DNA of 64,000 nucleotides. Source: Gemmatimonas sp. GTDB taxonomy: Bacteria > Gemmatimonadota > Gemmatimonadetes > Gemmatimonadales > Gemmatimonadaceae. The stretch's first letter is position 1, and each line of letters begins with the position of its first letter. The position numbers and the translations under genes are program-made. The notes below the pieces were generated by a model that saw only the letters and a program-made list of their open reading frames with translations, searched no databases and was not told the DNA's origin. The stretch is from contig JANNVQ010000038.1 of assembly GCA_031414535.1 (NCBI GenBank), positions 51,129-115,128 of the forward strand, in the 5' to 3' direction. This document shows, one piece after another, positions 52,881 through 63,400 of the stretch.

Positions 52881-54326
52881 TCAGGGTAGCGCCGCCCCCG
52901 TGACCCACTTCACCAAACGCCCCGTCGCTATCACATCTCCCACCGCTACCTGATTCAGTCGCGCAAGTTGCTCGGCCGAAAGCGGACTATTGCGCTGACG
53001 GCGAAGCGCGTCAATGGAGCTCGCACGATCGAGGCGAATGATTTCAAGGCGCTGCGGCTGAATTGCGAGGGCTGCTTGGTCTGTCAGTACCGCAAACGAG
53101 CGCAACGTGCGTTCGGCCGCAGCCTGTTGGGTGCCCCAACGCGCCGCCGGTCCGTAGGCGAGGAGCTGAAACACGGCACCGCCGTGCTCCACGAACATCA
53201 CCGTTCCACGCAGGGTGTCCGCTTCCTGAGCCGCCGTAAATGTCACCGCCGATGAGGTGAAGCCGTTGACCCCGGGCCGTTGCACGGAGCCGAACTGCAT
53301 GGCCTCCTGCGCCGTGAATGCGCGCATGGCCTCGTCAGCGGTTCTCGACTGGCTCAGTGTCAATTGGATGAGCGCGTCCTTGGTGCTGCTCATCGCGCGC
53401 ACGGCCTGTGCTTCGTTCCGCGTGACCCAGCCCTCGGGGAATGTCATGGTGAAGCGCAGGTCCGGATGGTTGAAGCGCTGGCCCACGAAATAGCCCGCCC
53501 GCGGATTCTCTCCGTACACCACTTTCTCGAGCCGGCGCAGGTAGGCATCGCGTTCTACAATCGTGCCGATGCTCTCGGCGGGAATGTTGGCGATGGCGCG
53601 TTCAATGCGTGCTTGGCGATCTGCAGGCGTTGGGTGCGTTGACATCCAGTCGGGGATCTGCTCGGCCCCAGATGCCGCGCTCAGCGAACCGAGCATCGCA
53701 TACACACCGGGCATCTCACGCACATCGTACGAGGTACGCTTCATGTAGCGCAGCCCGAGTCCGTCGGCTTGGTTCTCGTCGTCGCGCCCGTACTTGAGGA
53801 AGAGCACACCGAGCCCGGCGCCGGCCATATCGGCCATCTGGGCAAAGCGCTCGCTGGCAATGCTGCCAACTACGAGGCCAATCTGCGCCAGCTGCTCTTT
53901 GCTCATCTGCGCCACTGAGTGCCGCGCCGTGACGTGTCCGATTTCGTGACCAATGACGGCCACGAGCTGTGCCTCTGAATTGAACTGCGCGAGAATGCCG
54001 CGCGTGATGTAGATGAATCCACCGGGAACCGCAAACGCGTTCACAACCGGATCATCAATCACGCGGAAGGTCCACGGCAGCTGCGGTCGTTCGCTCTGCG
54101 CGGCGAGGCGCTGGCCGAGGCCCGCGACGTAGCGTTGCATCGCCGAGTCGGGATAGAGGCCCATGGAAGAGACGATTTGCGGATCGTACTCCTTGCCCAT
54201 CGCGATCTCCTGTGACTCGGAGATCATCATCAGCTCGCGGTTGCCCGTGGCAGGGTTGATGGCGCAGGCAGCAGCGAAAAGCGCAGCGAGGAGTGCGGCG
54301 CGCTGACGCGGTGAGCGAATGGGCAT
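52881..54326 (-). CDS. M48 family metalloprotease (BepA/YfgC-like), secreted
   Basis: Start at MPIRSPRQRAALLAALFAAACA. HEIGHVTARH is the HExxH zinc motif. A ~250-aa C-terminal extension follows. Confidence 0.85.
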   Translation of the reverse strand: MPIRSPRQRAALLAALFAAACAINPATGNRELMMISESQEIAMGKEYDPQIVSSMGLYPDSAMQRYVAGLGQRLAAQSERPQLPWTFRVIDDPVVNAFAVPGGFIYITRGILAQFNSEAQLVAVIGHEIGHVTARHSVAQMSKEQLAQIGLVVGSIASERFAQMADMAGAGLGVLFLKYGRDDENQADGLGLRYMKRTSYDVREMPGVYAMLGSLSAASGAEQIPDWMSTHPTPADRQARIERAIANIPAESIGTIVERDAYLRRLEKVVYGENPRAGYFVGQRFNHPDLRFTMTFPEGWVTRNEAQAVRAMSSTKDALIQLTLSQSRTADEAMRAFTAQEAMQFGSVQRPGVNGFTSSAVTFTAAQEADTLRGTVMFVEHGGAVFQLLAYGPAARWGTQQAAAERTLRSFAVLTDQAALAIQPQRLEIIRLDRASSIDALRRQRNSPLSAEQLARLNQVAVGDVIATGRLVKWVTGAALP

Positions 54327-54394
54327 ATGAGGCTCTTGTTGGTGGGTAAACAATGCTACCCCGTGAATCGGGCGCTGATTCTCCGGCTGGCTGG

Positions 54395-55459
54395 CTAGCT
54401 CAGGCCAGCCCAATTATCGAGGAAATCCACCAGCGCCTCGACCGATTCCAGAGTCACCGCGTTGTACAGACTCGCGCGAATGCCACCCACCGCGCGGTGC
54501 CCCTCGAGCCCAACAAACCCCGCCCCCGCAGCCGCGCGCAGAAACTCCGGCTCGCGCGCACGATTCTTCAGCCGAAACACGACGTTCATCTGCGAGCGGG
54601 CCTCGTGCGCCACTGGGGCCTCAAAGGCATCGTGGCGGTCCAAGCAGGCGTACAGGCGCTCGGCCTTGAGCGCATTTCGCGCCGCCATCGCGCTGAGTCC
54701 GCCCTCCTCCTGAATCCACTGGACCACCTCAAGACAGGCAATCCACGCCGCTGTGGTCGGCGTGTTGGGCAGCGATCCGCTCTCGGACCATGCCCGGAAA
54801 CTCAAGATCGGAGGCAGGCTCGCTGGCACGCGCGCTAGCAGTGCGCGCTTCATCACCAGCAGCGTCAGCCCGGGGATGCCGAGGTTTTTCTGCGCGGATG
54901 CGTAGAAGGCATCGAGCGTGGCAAAGGGATAGGGCCGCGAGCAAATCTCCGACGAAAGATCCGCAATCACCGGCACATCGCACACTGGGGGCGCAGCGAA
55001 CTGCACGCCGTGGATGGTCTCATTGCCGCAATAGTGGAGGTAGGCACTCTCGGCGGCAGGCGCGCCCAGCGCTGGCAGCGTCGTGAATCCCGTGCTCGCG
55101 GAGCTGGCGAGCACACGCACCCGGGCCACCGCACTCGCCTGCTGAACGGCGAGCTTACTCCAGTAGCCAGACTCCACGTAGGCCGCTGGCGCTTGGGCCG
55201 CGAGATTCATCGGTATCAGGGCAAACTGAAGCTGCGCCCCTCCCGGCATGAGCAGAATCTCGTACGAATCATCGAGCCCCAGGAGACCTCGCAGTCCACT
55301 TCTGAGCCGCTCCGCGATGTCCGTAAAGCGCGGGCCCCGGTGGCTGAGCTCCAAGAGCGAAGGCTCGCCGTTTGGCCCAAGCTCAAGCATGCGGCCAAGA
55401 CGAAGCCGGACAGGGTCCGGAAGGGCGGCGGGTCCGGCGCCGAAATTATGGCTGGGCAT
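54395..55459 (-). CDS. serC: Phosphoserine aminotransferase
   Basis: The N-terminus is NFGAGPAALP. The PLP region is ASAQKNLGIPGLTLLVM, and GGIRASLYNA lies near the C-terminus. Confidence 0.9.
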   Translation of the reverse strand: MPSHNFGAGPAALPDPVRLRLGRMLELGPNGEPSLLELSHRGPRFTDIAERLRSGLRGLLGLDDSYEILLMPGGAQLQFALIPMNLAAQAPAAYVESGYWSKLAVQQASAVARVRVLASSASTGFTTLPALGAPAAESAYLHYCGNETIHGVQFAAPPVCDVPVIADLSSEICSRPYPFATLDAFYASAQKNLGIPGLTLLVMKRALLARVPASLPPILSFRAWSESGSLPNTPTTAAWIACLEVVQWIQEEGGLSAMAARNALKAERLYACLDRHDAFEAPVAHEARSQMNVVFRLKNRAREPEFLRAAAGAGFVGLEGHRAVGGIRASLYNAVTLESVEALVDFLDNWAGLS

Positions 55460-55575
55460 CCCGCAGTTTACAGGAACGAGCAGTCGGCGGGAATCACCAC
55501 CTTTCTGGGCCGTGGTACTTTCGGCAACTTCAGTGCTGCAGTTTGCCCTTCACAGCACAACCCGCTCCCGCCCAT

Positions 55576-57180
55576 ATGCCGTACCGGCTCCTTGTTACTG
55601 ACGAGATTGACCCCGAGGGCGTGGCATTGCTGCGCGCCGTTGCCGACTTCACCGTAGATGAAGTCCCTACGTTGCCGGTGGCTGAGCTCTTGGCGCGCAT
55701 TGGCGACTACGACGCAATCATCGGGCGCTCCGCGACCAAGATTTCCGAACCCTTGCTGCGCGCAGGCACCAAGTTGCGCGTTGTTGGTCGGGCAGGTGTC
55801 GGCATTGATAACATCTCGATGGCGACCGCCACCGAGCTCGGCATCGCGGTCATCAACGCGCCTGGCGGTAACACGATCGCCGTGGCCGAGCTCTTCTTTG
55901 GATCCTTGATTGGGCTCCTGCGGCACATCCCACGCGCGGACCACTCCATGCACGAGGGTCGCTGGGAGCGCAGCGACTTGCTCGGCACGGAGTTGCGTGG
56001 CCGCACGCTCGGCATCGTGGGACTTGGGCGCATCGGCACGGCGGTTGCCGTACGGGCCCGCGCCTTTGGCATGCACCTCGTTGCCTTCGATCCGTACATT
56101 GGCCCCGAGCGATTTGCCGCCGCGGGAGTGGAACGGGCCGAGCGTCTCGAAGATCTCCTCAAGGCCTGCGACGTGCTCACGGTGCACACGCCGCTCACTG
56201 ACGAAACGCGCGGACTGATTGGCGCCGCAGCTCTCGCTCAGCTTCGCAACGGTGCGATTGTCTGCAACCTCGCGCGCGGTGGCATTGTAGATGACGCGGC
56301 ACTTCGTGATGCCTGCGCGAGCGGGCGGCTGCGCGGGGCCGTGCTCGACGTCTACACGTCGGAGCCGCTCACGGGTGAACATCCCTACCGCGAGCGCAAG
56401 GAGATGCTGCTGCTTCCGCATCTCGGCGCATCAACGGTCGAAGCCCAGCGTGACGTCGCAATTGATGCCTGCGCGGCCGTGCGAGATGCGCTGCTGCACG
56501 GTGAGCTCTCTCGTTCACTGAACATCGCCGCGGGGCCAGAGGATTGGCGCGCTGTGCAGCCAGCGCTGGACCTCGCACGCTTCGCGGCCGCGGTTGCGCG
56601 CAGCCGTCTGCGCGACGGCGGACATCGCGCTATCGAGAGTGTGAGTGTAAAGGTTGGCCCCGACCTCGCGAGCGCAGCGGCACTCTTGCTTTCGGCGGCA
56701 GCGGCCGGCGCGCTGGAGGGCATCGTCGCGGGCGATCGTCTCAACTTCATCAACGTGCGCAACGTGGCCGCCGCGCGCGGCGTGGAGCTGGCAGTCGCAG
56801 AGGGCGGCGAGGCGCCGCACCCGCGCGCCGTAGAAGTGCGCGTCCGCGCCGGCGGGGATGAACTCCGCGTCGGCGGTGTCGCGGCCGCTGACGCGCCGCC
56901 GCGTATCACGCGCATTGGCCCCTTTCACGTGGATGTGGCGCCGCGCGGAACACTTATCGTGTTGGGTAACGTGGACGTCCCCGGTGTAGTGGGCCGCGTG
57001 GGCACACTACTCGGCGCCGCGGGCGTGAACATCGCCGAGTATCATCAGGCGCGCCTCGCGGCTGGCGGTGATGCGCTCGCGGTGATCTCCGTGGACGGCG
57101 TACCCGATGCCAGCGTGCGGATGGCACTTGAGGCCATTCCCGAAGTGCAGTGGGCCACGGTCGTGCCCTCGCCGGGATGA
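55576..57180 (+). CDS. serA: D-3-phosphoglycerate dehydrogenase (long form with ASB/ACT domains)
   Basis: Start at MPYRLLVTDEI. The NAD motif is GIVGLGRIGTAVA, HLGAST holds the catalytic His, and a C-terminal ACT-like region follows (LIVLGNVDVPGVVGRVGTLLG). Confidence 0.9.
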   Translation: MPYRLLVTDEIDPEGVALLRAVADFTVDEVPTLPVAELLARIGDYDAIIGRSATKISEPLLRAGTKLRVVGRAGVGIDNISMATATELGIAVINAPGGNTIAVAELFFGSLIGLLRHIPRADHSMHEGRWERSDLLGTELRGRTLGIVGLGRIGTAVAVRARAFGMHLVAFDPYIGPERFAAAGVERAERLEDLLKACDVLTVHTPLTDETRGLIGAAALAQLRNGAIVCNLARGGIVDDAALRDACASGRLRGAVLDVYTSEPLTGEHPYRERKEMLLLPHLGASTVEAQRDVAIDACAAVRDALLHGELSRSLNIAAGPEDWRAVQPALDLARFAAAVARSRLRDGGHRAIESVSVKVGPDLASAAALLLSAAAAGALEGIVAGDRLNFINVRNVAAARGVELAVAEGGEAPHPRAVEVRVRAGGDELRVGGVAAADAPPRITRIGPFHVDVAPRGTLIVLGNVDVPGVVGRVGTLLGAAGVNIAEYHQARLAAGGDALAVISVDGVPDASVRMALEAIPEVQWATVVPSPG

Positions 57181-58535
57181 GCGCCGACGTCGAGCGCGAC
57201 GCTGCAGTGCGCGCGTCATACGGACGCGACGCCTCGGGGCTGACACGGATTCCCGAAGGCGTGGTACGCGCGCGCGCGAGTGCGGAGGTACTCGCGTTGC
57301 TGGCAGAGTCGGCAGTGGAGCGCACACCCATCACGCCCGCCGGCGGGCAGACCAGCACGACGGGCGCGTCAATCACAGATCGCGGCACCTTGCTCTCGAT
57401 GCGTGCCATGGACCGCATCCTGAACGTTGACGCGGCCAATCGCACGGCCCGTGTGGAGCCGGGTGTGCTGCTCGGCGATCTCGACCGCGCAATCGCCAGC
57501 GAGGGGCTCTTCTTCGCTCCTGATCCTACGAGCGACCAAGAGTGTACGATTGGCGGCGCCATCGCCTGCAATGCGTCTGGCCCACGCACGCTGCGCTATG
57601 GCGCTACGCGAGCACATGTGCGCGGGCTCACCGTCGCACTCGCAGATGGCAGCGTGCTTGAACTGCGTCGGCCCGCACTCGAGAAGAACACCGTTGGCTA
57701 TCAGATGGCGCAGGACCCGATTGATTGGTTCGTCGGCAGCGAGGGGACGCTCGGTGTGATTCTCGCGGCGGAGCTCTCGCTCTTGCCGCGGCCTACGGTA
57801 GAAATGGGACTGGGCCTTCCCTTCCCGGACGTCGCATCGGCCTTGTCGTTCATTGTTGCCGCTCGAGAAGCCACCGCCCTCGCCCCACGGTGTTTGGAGT
57901 ACTTCGACGCCGAAGCCTTCCGCATTGCTCGTACGGGGGAGCCGTCGTGGGGCGAAGATGGTGACACGATGGTGTACCTCGAGCACGCAAGCGCAGACGA
58001 AGCCCCACTCGAAGCGTGGGAAGCACTCGCGGCGCGTCACCGTGGACGCATTGATGCCGCGCGGATCTTTGAGGGTGACGCGGCACTACGCAACGCTCGA
58101 CGGTTACGACATGCCGTTCCCGCCACGATGCACGAACGCGTTGCGCCTTATCTCGCGCTCGGGGGACGGCGCATTTCCACGGACTGGGCCGTACCGTATC
58201 GCGACGCAGCACGCATGATTGCCCAGGCCGACGCCTTTGCGCACGAGGCCGGCATTGCCTCCGCCGTGACCTACGGGCACCTCGGCAACGGTCACCCGCA
58301 TCAGAACTTCGTGGCGCGCGACCCCGCAGAGGTTGCGCGCTGTGAAGCAGTGGTGGAGCGCACGCTGCACGCGGTGGTCGCGATGGGCGGCACGGTGGCC
58401 GCCGAGCACGGGATTGGCAAGGTGAAAGCGCGCTGGCTGCCATTACAGGCATCAGCGGTGCAGATGCGAGCGATGCGCGCGCTCAAGCATGAACTGGATC
58501 CGCACGGGCTTCTTTCGCCGGGCAACATTCTGTGA
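57177..58535 (+). CDS. FAD-linked oxidase (GlcD / D-2-hydroxyacid dehydrogenase family; D2HGDH-like)
   Basis: Start at MSADVERD (an ATGA overlap with the serA stop). PAGGQTSTTGASI is the FAD-binding PCMH-type motif. The C-terminus is GGTVAAEHGIGKVKA...LDPHGLLSPG. Confidence 0.8.
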   Translation: MSADVERDAAVRASYGRDASGLTRIPEGVVRARASAEVLALLAESAVERTPITPAGGQTSTTGASITDRGTLLSMRAMDRILNVDAANRTARVEPGVLLGDLDRAIASEGLFFAPDPTSDQECTIGGAIACNASGPRTLRYGATRAHVRGLTVALADGSVLELRRPALEKNTVGYQMAQDPIDWFVGSEGTLGVILAAELSLLPRPTVEMGLGLPFPDVASALSFIVAAREATALAPRCLEYFDAEAFRIARTGEPSWGEDGDTMVYLEHASADEAPLEAWEALAARHRGRIDAARIFEGDAALRNARRLRHAVPATMHERVAPYLALGGRRISTDWAVPYRDAARMIAQADAFAHEAGIASAVTYGHLGNGHPHQNFVARDPAEVARCEAVVERTLHAVVAMGGTVAAEHGIGKVKARWLPLQASAVQMRAMRALKHELDPHGLLSPGNIL

Positions 58536-59191
58536 GCGCGCTGCGCTTCGCCACGGTGATCCTCGACGTGGACTCCACGCTCTGCACCATCGAAGGCGTG
58601 GATTGGCTGGCGGCGCGCCGCGGCCCAGAGGTTGAGGCCGAAGTACAGCTCGCGACGGATCTCGCGATGCAGGGGGCCTTGGCGCTTGAGAGCGTGTATG
58701 GCTCCAGGCTTGTGGCTATTGCCCCGACGCGTGATGACATCGCGGCGCTGGCGATTGCGTATAAACAGTCTCTTTCGCCGGGTGCTGCGGAGGTGATTGC
58801 CGCCGGACGCGCCGCTGGCATCCGATGGATACTGGTGAGCGGCGGACTGCGGCCTGCCATTCTTCCGCTCGCGACCGAACTCGGGATTCCGGCGGCGGAT
58901 GTGCATGCGGTTGACATCTTTCTCGACGAGCGCGGGCAGTACAGAGGGTTTGATGTTCAATCGCCACTCGCGCGCAAAGGCGGAAAGCCTGTGGTCGTGC
59001 GAGATCTGCACAATCTTGAGCGCCCATTGCTGGCCGTGGGTGATGGCGCTACCGATGCTGAACTCGTTGCGGTCGCCGATGCGTTCTGGTGTTTTACTGG
59101 GGTCGTGGCGCGGCCCGCCGTGCTTGCCGCCGCATCACATCAGGTCTCAGATTTTGCTTCACTCTGGCATTCACTGCGGTCAGCGACGTAG
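58532..59191 (+). CDS. HAD-IB hydrolase, phosphoserine phosphatase-like
   Basis: GTG start overlapping the upstream stop (GTGA). The DxDxT motif is VILDVDSTL. VSGG and GDGATD (HAD motifs II-IV) are present. It is in the same operon as serA. Confidence 0.65.
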   Translation: MSALRFATVILDVDSTLCTIEGVDWLAARRGPEVEAEVQLATDLAMQGALALESVYGSRLVAIAPTRDDIAALAIAYKQSLSPGAAEVIAAGRAAGIRWILVSGGLRPAILPLATELGIPAADVHAVDIFLDERGQYRGFDVQSPLARKGGKPVVVRDLHNLERPLLAVGDGATDAELVAVADAFWCFTGVVARPAVLAAASHQVSDFASLWHSLRSAT

Positions 59192-59227
59192 CCGCGACTC
59201 GCGACCGCCTACTAAGGACAAGCATTC

Positions 59228-59575
59228 GTGCCAACGCTCCGTAGTGTCACCCCGCTCATTCCCGCTGGCCCGAGCATCGCGGATGGCGTCCGTTTCTTCA
59301 CCGAAGAACTCGGCTTCACCATTACTTGGCAGAACGGCAACATGGCGGGCGTGAAGCGCGGTGATGTTAGCTTCAACTTGGTGCAGAACAGCGACGTCGC
59401 TTGGGCCGAGAACTCGAGCGCCGGCATCGGCGTAGATGACCTCGACGCGCTTTACGCGGAGTACCGCAACGCATCCGCCAAGGTTGGACCGCTGGAAATG
59501 AAAATCTGGGGTCGGCGCGAATTCCACATGATCTTGCCGACGGGCGTTTGCCTGCAGTTCTACCAGGCTACCTAA
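59228..59575 (+). CDS. VOC / glyoxalase-bleomycin resistance family protein
   Basis: 115 aa. The bleomycin-resistance-like pattern is ADGVRFFTEELGFT...WGRREFHMILPTGVCLQF. Confidence 0.7.
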   Translation: MPTLRSVTPLIPAGPSIADGVRFFTEELGFTITWQNGNMAGVKRGDVSFNLVQNSDVAWAENSSAGIGVDDLDALYAEYRNASAKVGPLEMKIWGRREFHMILPTGVCLQFYQAT

Positions 59576-59605
59576 CAGCGCGTCACAAGCCCGAGCGCAA
59601 AGCGC

Positions 59606-60214
59606 TCAAGCCGATTCCGGCAACCAACCCTTGGCGTGCCCGCGGGCCCGCGCTTCGGCAATCATGCCGTTGAGCATGCTCATGAGCTCAAGCACGCTCA
59701 GGCCCTGCACCGACTCGCCCTCGTAGAAGGCGGTGCCCAGCCCAACCTTCCGTCCGCCCTCCTGACGATGGTAGGACTGGCTGCGGAGGAAGTCGTAGAT
59801 CACGTAGGCAATGGTGCACTTCCAGATCACACGTTCCACCATGGTCGCTTCGCTAGGAGGGAGCGTGGATCGGACAATGTCCACCGCTTGGTCCTCATAG
59901 AGGAGGCGTGGCTCGTACGTGTCAAAAATCATCGCAAAGCCACGCGCCGTCGCCGCGGAGAGGCCCATCAGCTGCGTGGCTACTCGCACCAGTTGCTGCG
60001 GATGCACAAGACTGAGGAAGGGATCACCAGCGCGCGCCTCGGCCTCGCTTGAATACTCCGTCTCCGCTCGCGGATCCGAGCTGACCAAGGCGTGGGCGAC
60101 GGCCTCTAGGTAGGTAGCGCAGAGAGTGATGGCCTCGCCAAAGCGCCCGGCATCCATCAGGGCACCCAAATAGGCGACCCGATCTTCGACCTCATCCCAA
60201 TACGCATCAATCAT
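59606..60214 (-). CDS. Hypothetical protein (helical, no recognised motif)
   Basis: The ORF is open up to 60394. I favour MIDAYWDEVEDR (ATG 60214) because the upstream 60 codons are Pro/Gly low-complexity. It uses more A/T-ending codons than its neighbours. Confidence 0.4.
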   Translation of the reverse strand: MIDAYWDEVEDRVAYLGALMDAGRFGEAITLCATYLEAVAHALVSSDPRAETEYSSEAEARAGDPFLSLVHPQQLVRVATQLMGLSAATARGFAMIFDTYEPRLLYEDQAVDIVRSTLPPSEATMVERVIWKCTIAYVIYDFLRSQSYHRQEGGRKVGLGTAFYEGESVQGLSVLELMSMLNGMIAEARARGHAKGWLPESA

Positions 60215-60402
60215 CTCGCCTGGCACGCGCTTACGCGGCACCACCGGCGCGGACGCGGGGGTACCGGCAGTGGGCGAGTGAAGACGCAGGGCGGGAGAGG
60301 ACACTTCCAGGAGGGTGCTCGGGAGAGGGGCCGGGCTAAGTAACATGCACCGCGGGGGGCCCCCGTGCCAAGCCCGGGAACACCCCCCACACATCCCGGG
60401 GC

Positions 60403-63400
60403 TTAGTTACCCCCAGGCCGTCTGTACGGGCGCGGGAACGGCGGCGGCTGCAAGGGCTGCACGTTCGCTTCCCGAATCAGGCGCAAGGTCTCCGCCACCG
60501 CGCGCTCCAACTGCGGATCACGTCCCTCGGCGATGGCCTTGGCATCGTTATACACCTCGATGTCCGGGGGTACGCCTTCGTTTTCGGCAATCCACTTATT
60601 GGTGGCCGGATCAAACAGCGCCGGGAACGGCGTGGTCACGCGGCCACCATCAAGCAACAGGTACGGCGACGCGTTGGCGACGAGTCCACCCCAAGTACGC
60701 ATGCCAATCAGCGGCCCGACCTTGAGCTGGCGGAAAGTCCAAGGGAAGTAGTCTCCGCCAGAACCGGCCATTTCGTTGATGAGCATCACCTTCGGACCGG
60801 TGATTCCCTGCGGCATCTGGATTGCACGTCCCCCCTCCGCTTCGTTCGTGAATCCACTGCGCCGTACGCGCGCCGTCATATCCACCATATAGTCGTCCGC
60901 AGTACCGCCGCCGTTGAAGCGCTCATCAATGACGGCGCCAAGCTTGTCCTGCTGCGCAAAGAAGTAGCGATTGAATGACGTGAAGCCGCCGTCACCGGTA
61001 TTCGGCACCCAGATGTAGGCGATGCGTCCACCGGAGAGCGAATCCACTTTCCGGCGATTGTCCTCCACCCACGCGCGCGTACGCAGGGCGGTCTCATTCT
61101 GAATGGGAACAATCGTCTCTGTCCACGCACCAGTGGCGTTCGGGCGCGAATTGAATTGCACCACCGTTTGACGGCCCTGCGTGCCATCAAAGAGTCGGAA
61201 CGGATCGTCCGTTGCGCTCATGTTCACGCCGTTCACCGTGATGATGTAGTCGCCCTCACGTACGCGCAGGCCGGGCTGGCTCAGCGGCGCCGACATCCCC
61301 GGATTCCAACTCTCGCTCGTGTAGATGCGGCGAATGCGCCAGCGTCCACCATCAGTCACTAGGTCTGCGCCGAGCAAACCCACGCGACTGGTGTCCACGC
61401 CGGGCATACTTCCGCCGCCCACGAACGAGTGGCCTACGGACAGTTCGCCGTTGACCATATCGAGCAAGTAGTTCAAGTCCGAGCGGTGCCGCACGTGCTC
61501 CACCAGCGGACGATACCGCGCGCGCACGGCGTTCCAGTCATTGCCGTGCATGCCGGGATCGTAGAAGTATTCCTTAGAGAAGCGCCAGGCTTCGTCGAAC
61601 ATCTGGCGCCACTCCGCCGCGCGATCGAGTTCCATTCGGAGGGCGACGGTCACGCGACCACCGTTCCCCGTGACCGGCACGGCTGGGGGCGCTGCCGCGG
61701 TTGGCACGATGCGCCAATTGCTGGTGCCGGTGCGGAGCAAGACCTTCAGTCCATCGCCCGAGACGGACACCAGATTCACACCGCGAATGAACACCTTCGC
61801 CTCGCGCTCAGCGAGCACGAATTTGTGCAGCACCATTCCCGGTTCATTCGGCACGCTCTCGCCAATGAAGACCGAGCCACGCGGTCCGGCCTGCACCGTC
61901 GTGTACGGACGCGCGGGCATCGGCAAGCTGAGTATGCGGCGCTCGATGCCATCGAAGTCCACGCGTACCGTCACCGCGCTCGTGTCGGGTTTGGCGGGGC
62001 GCGGTGCGGGCTCTTCGTCGCTGCGCGGCACGAAGGGTGTGGGGTCATCGTTGCGCAGTACCATTACGTACGGCGCGTACGTCGGGTTGGCCAAGGCCGA
62101 CGTCATGTTCAACCAACCCGCGCCGAGCGCGAGGTTGGTGGAGGCGAGGAAGTACAGGTGGCGGCCATCGCGGTCCCAAGCGGGCTGCACGGCATCAGCC
62201 AACGCGTCGGTGACTGGGCGCGCCTCGTTGCGCTCCACGGACCACATCACGATGCGATGGAACTGGTTGGGGAAGATCTTGGCGTAGGCGAGGAACTTGG
62301 AGTCCGGGGACCAGCGCAGTTGCACCGCGTCGAAGAACAGGTTGTCGATGATGTTGCCGTTCACATCAACTGTGCGTGCATTGCCGGACGCAACTTCGAG
62401 TACGCGAATGCGTCCGTCGTCGTCAATGAAGGCGATGCGACTTCCATCGGGCGACCAGCTCGGACTCCAGGCCATCTTGGATGGCGCGATGCTCAGGCGG
62501 CGCGGCGTGCCGAGCCCGTCGGCGCTGGCAATCAGCATTGCGTAGTCACCGCCGTCACTCGTGAACCAGGCCACTTGCTTGCCGTCTGGCGATGCGACCG
62601 CAGAACGATCTGCGGCGCCAGAACTGCGGGTCAGGTTGCGGGCGTCGCCGTGTTCTGCCGGCACCGTCCACACTTCGCCGCGAGCTTCCAGCAGAACGCG
62701 CTGGCCCGTCTGGCCCAGCGTGGCGGCCGTGACGTCGTCTGAGACGTCTTCCCAACGCGCTGTCATCCACGGAAAGTCGCCGCGCACTGTGATGTTCACG
62801 CGGTCGCTGCGACCGCTCGCGGCATCAAGCAGATGAATTTCACCATCCAACTCGAAGGCCAGTCGATCCGGGCCGACACTCAACGACTTGATGTCCCCGT
62901 CGCGCGAGCGCGTCACCTGCGCGAGAGCACGCGTGGATGGATCATAGGACCACACGTTCATCGCGAAGTCGCGGTCGGACAGGAAGAAGACCTTGTTGCC
63001 CGACCACACCGGACTCACGTCGGTGGTGCGCTCGTTGGGCAATCGCACTTCTTCGAGACTGGCCAAGTTGAGAATGCTCAGCGACGTATTCTGTCCGCCG
63101 CGATAGTTACGCCACTCGCCATCCCACCGGGACATCCGATCCACCACGAGCTGACGACCATCGGGTGAGAAGCCGCCATCAAATCCCCACGGTGCCGGGA
63201 GACGCGTCGATGGCCCGCCGGTGCGCGGCACGGTCCACAGGCGCATCACTCCAGTCGGCGGCGACTCTCGGTTTGATGCATAGAGCACGGCGCTGCCATC
63301 GGGCGTCCAGCCGCGCGCCATCGATGGCGCCGGATACCACGTGAGGCGTACGGGATCGCCACCGGCGCGGCTCACCACGTAGACCTGCGGCACGCCCGAA

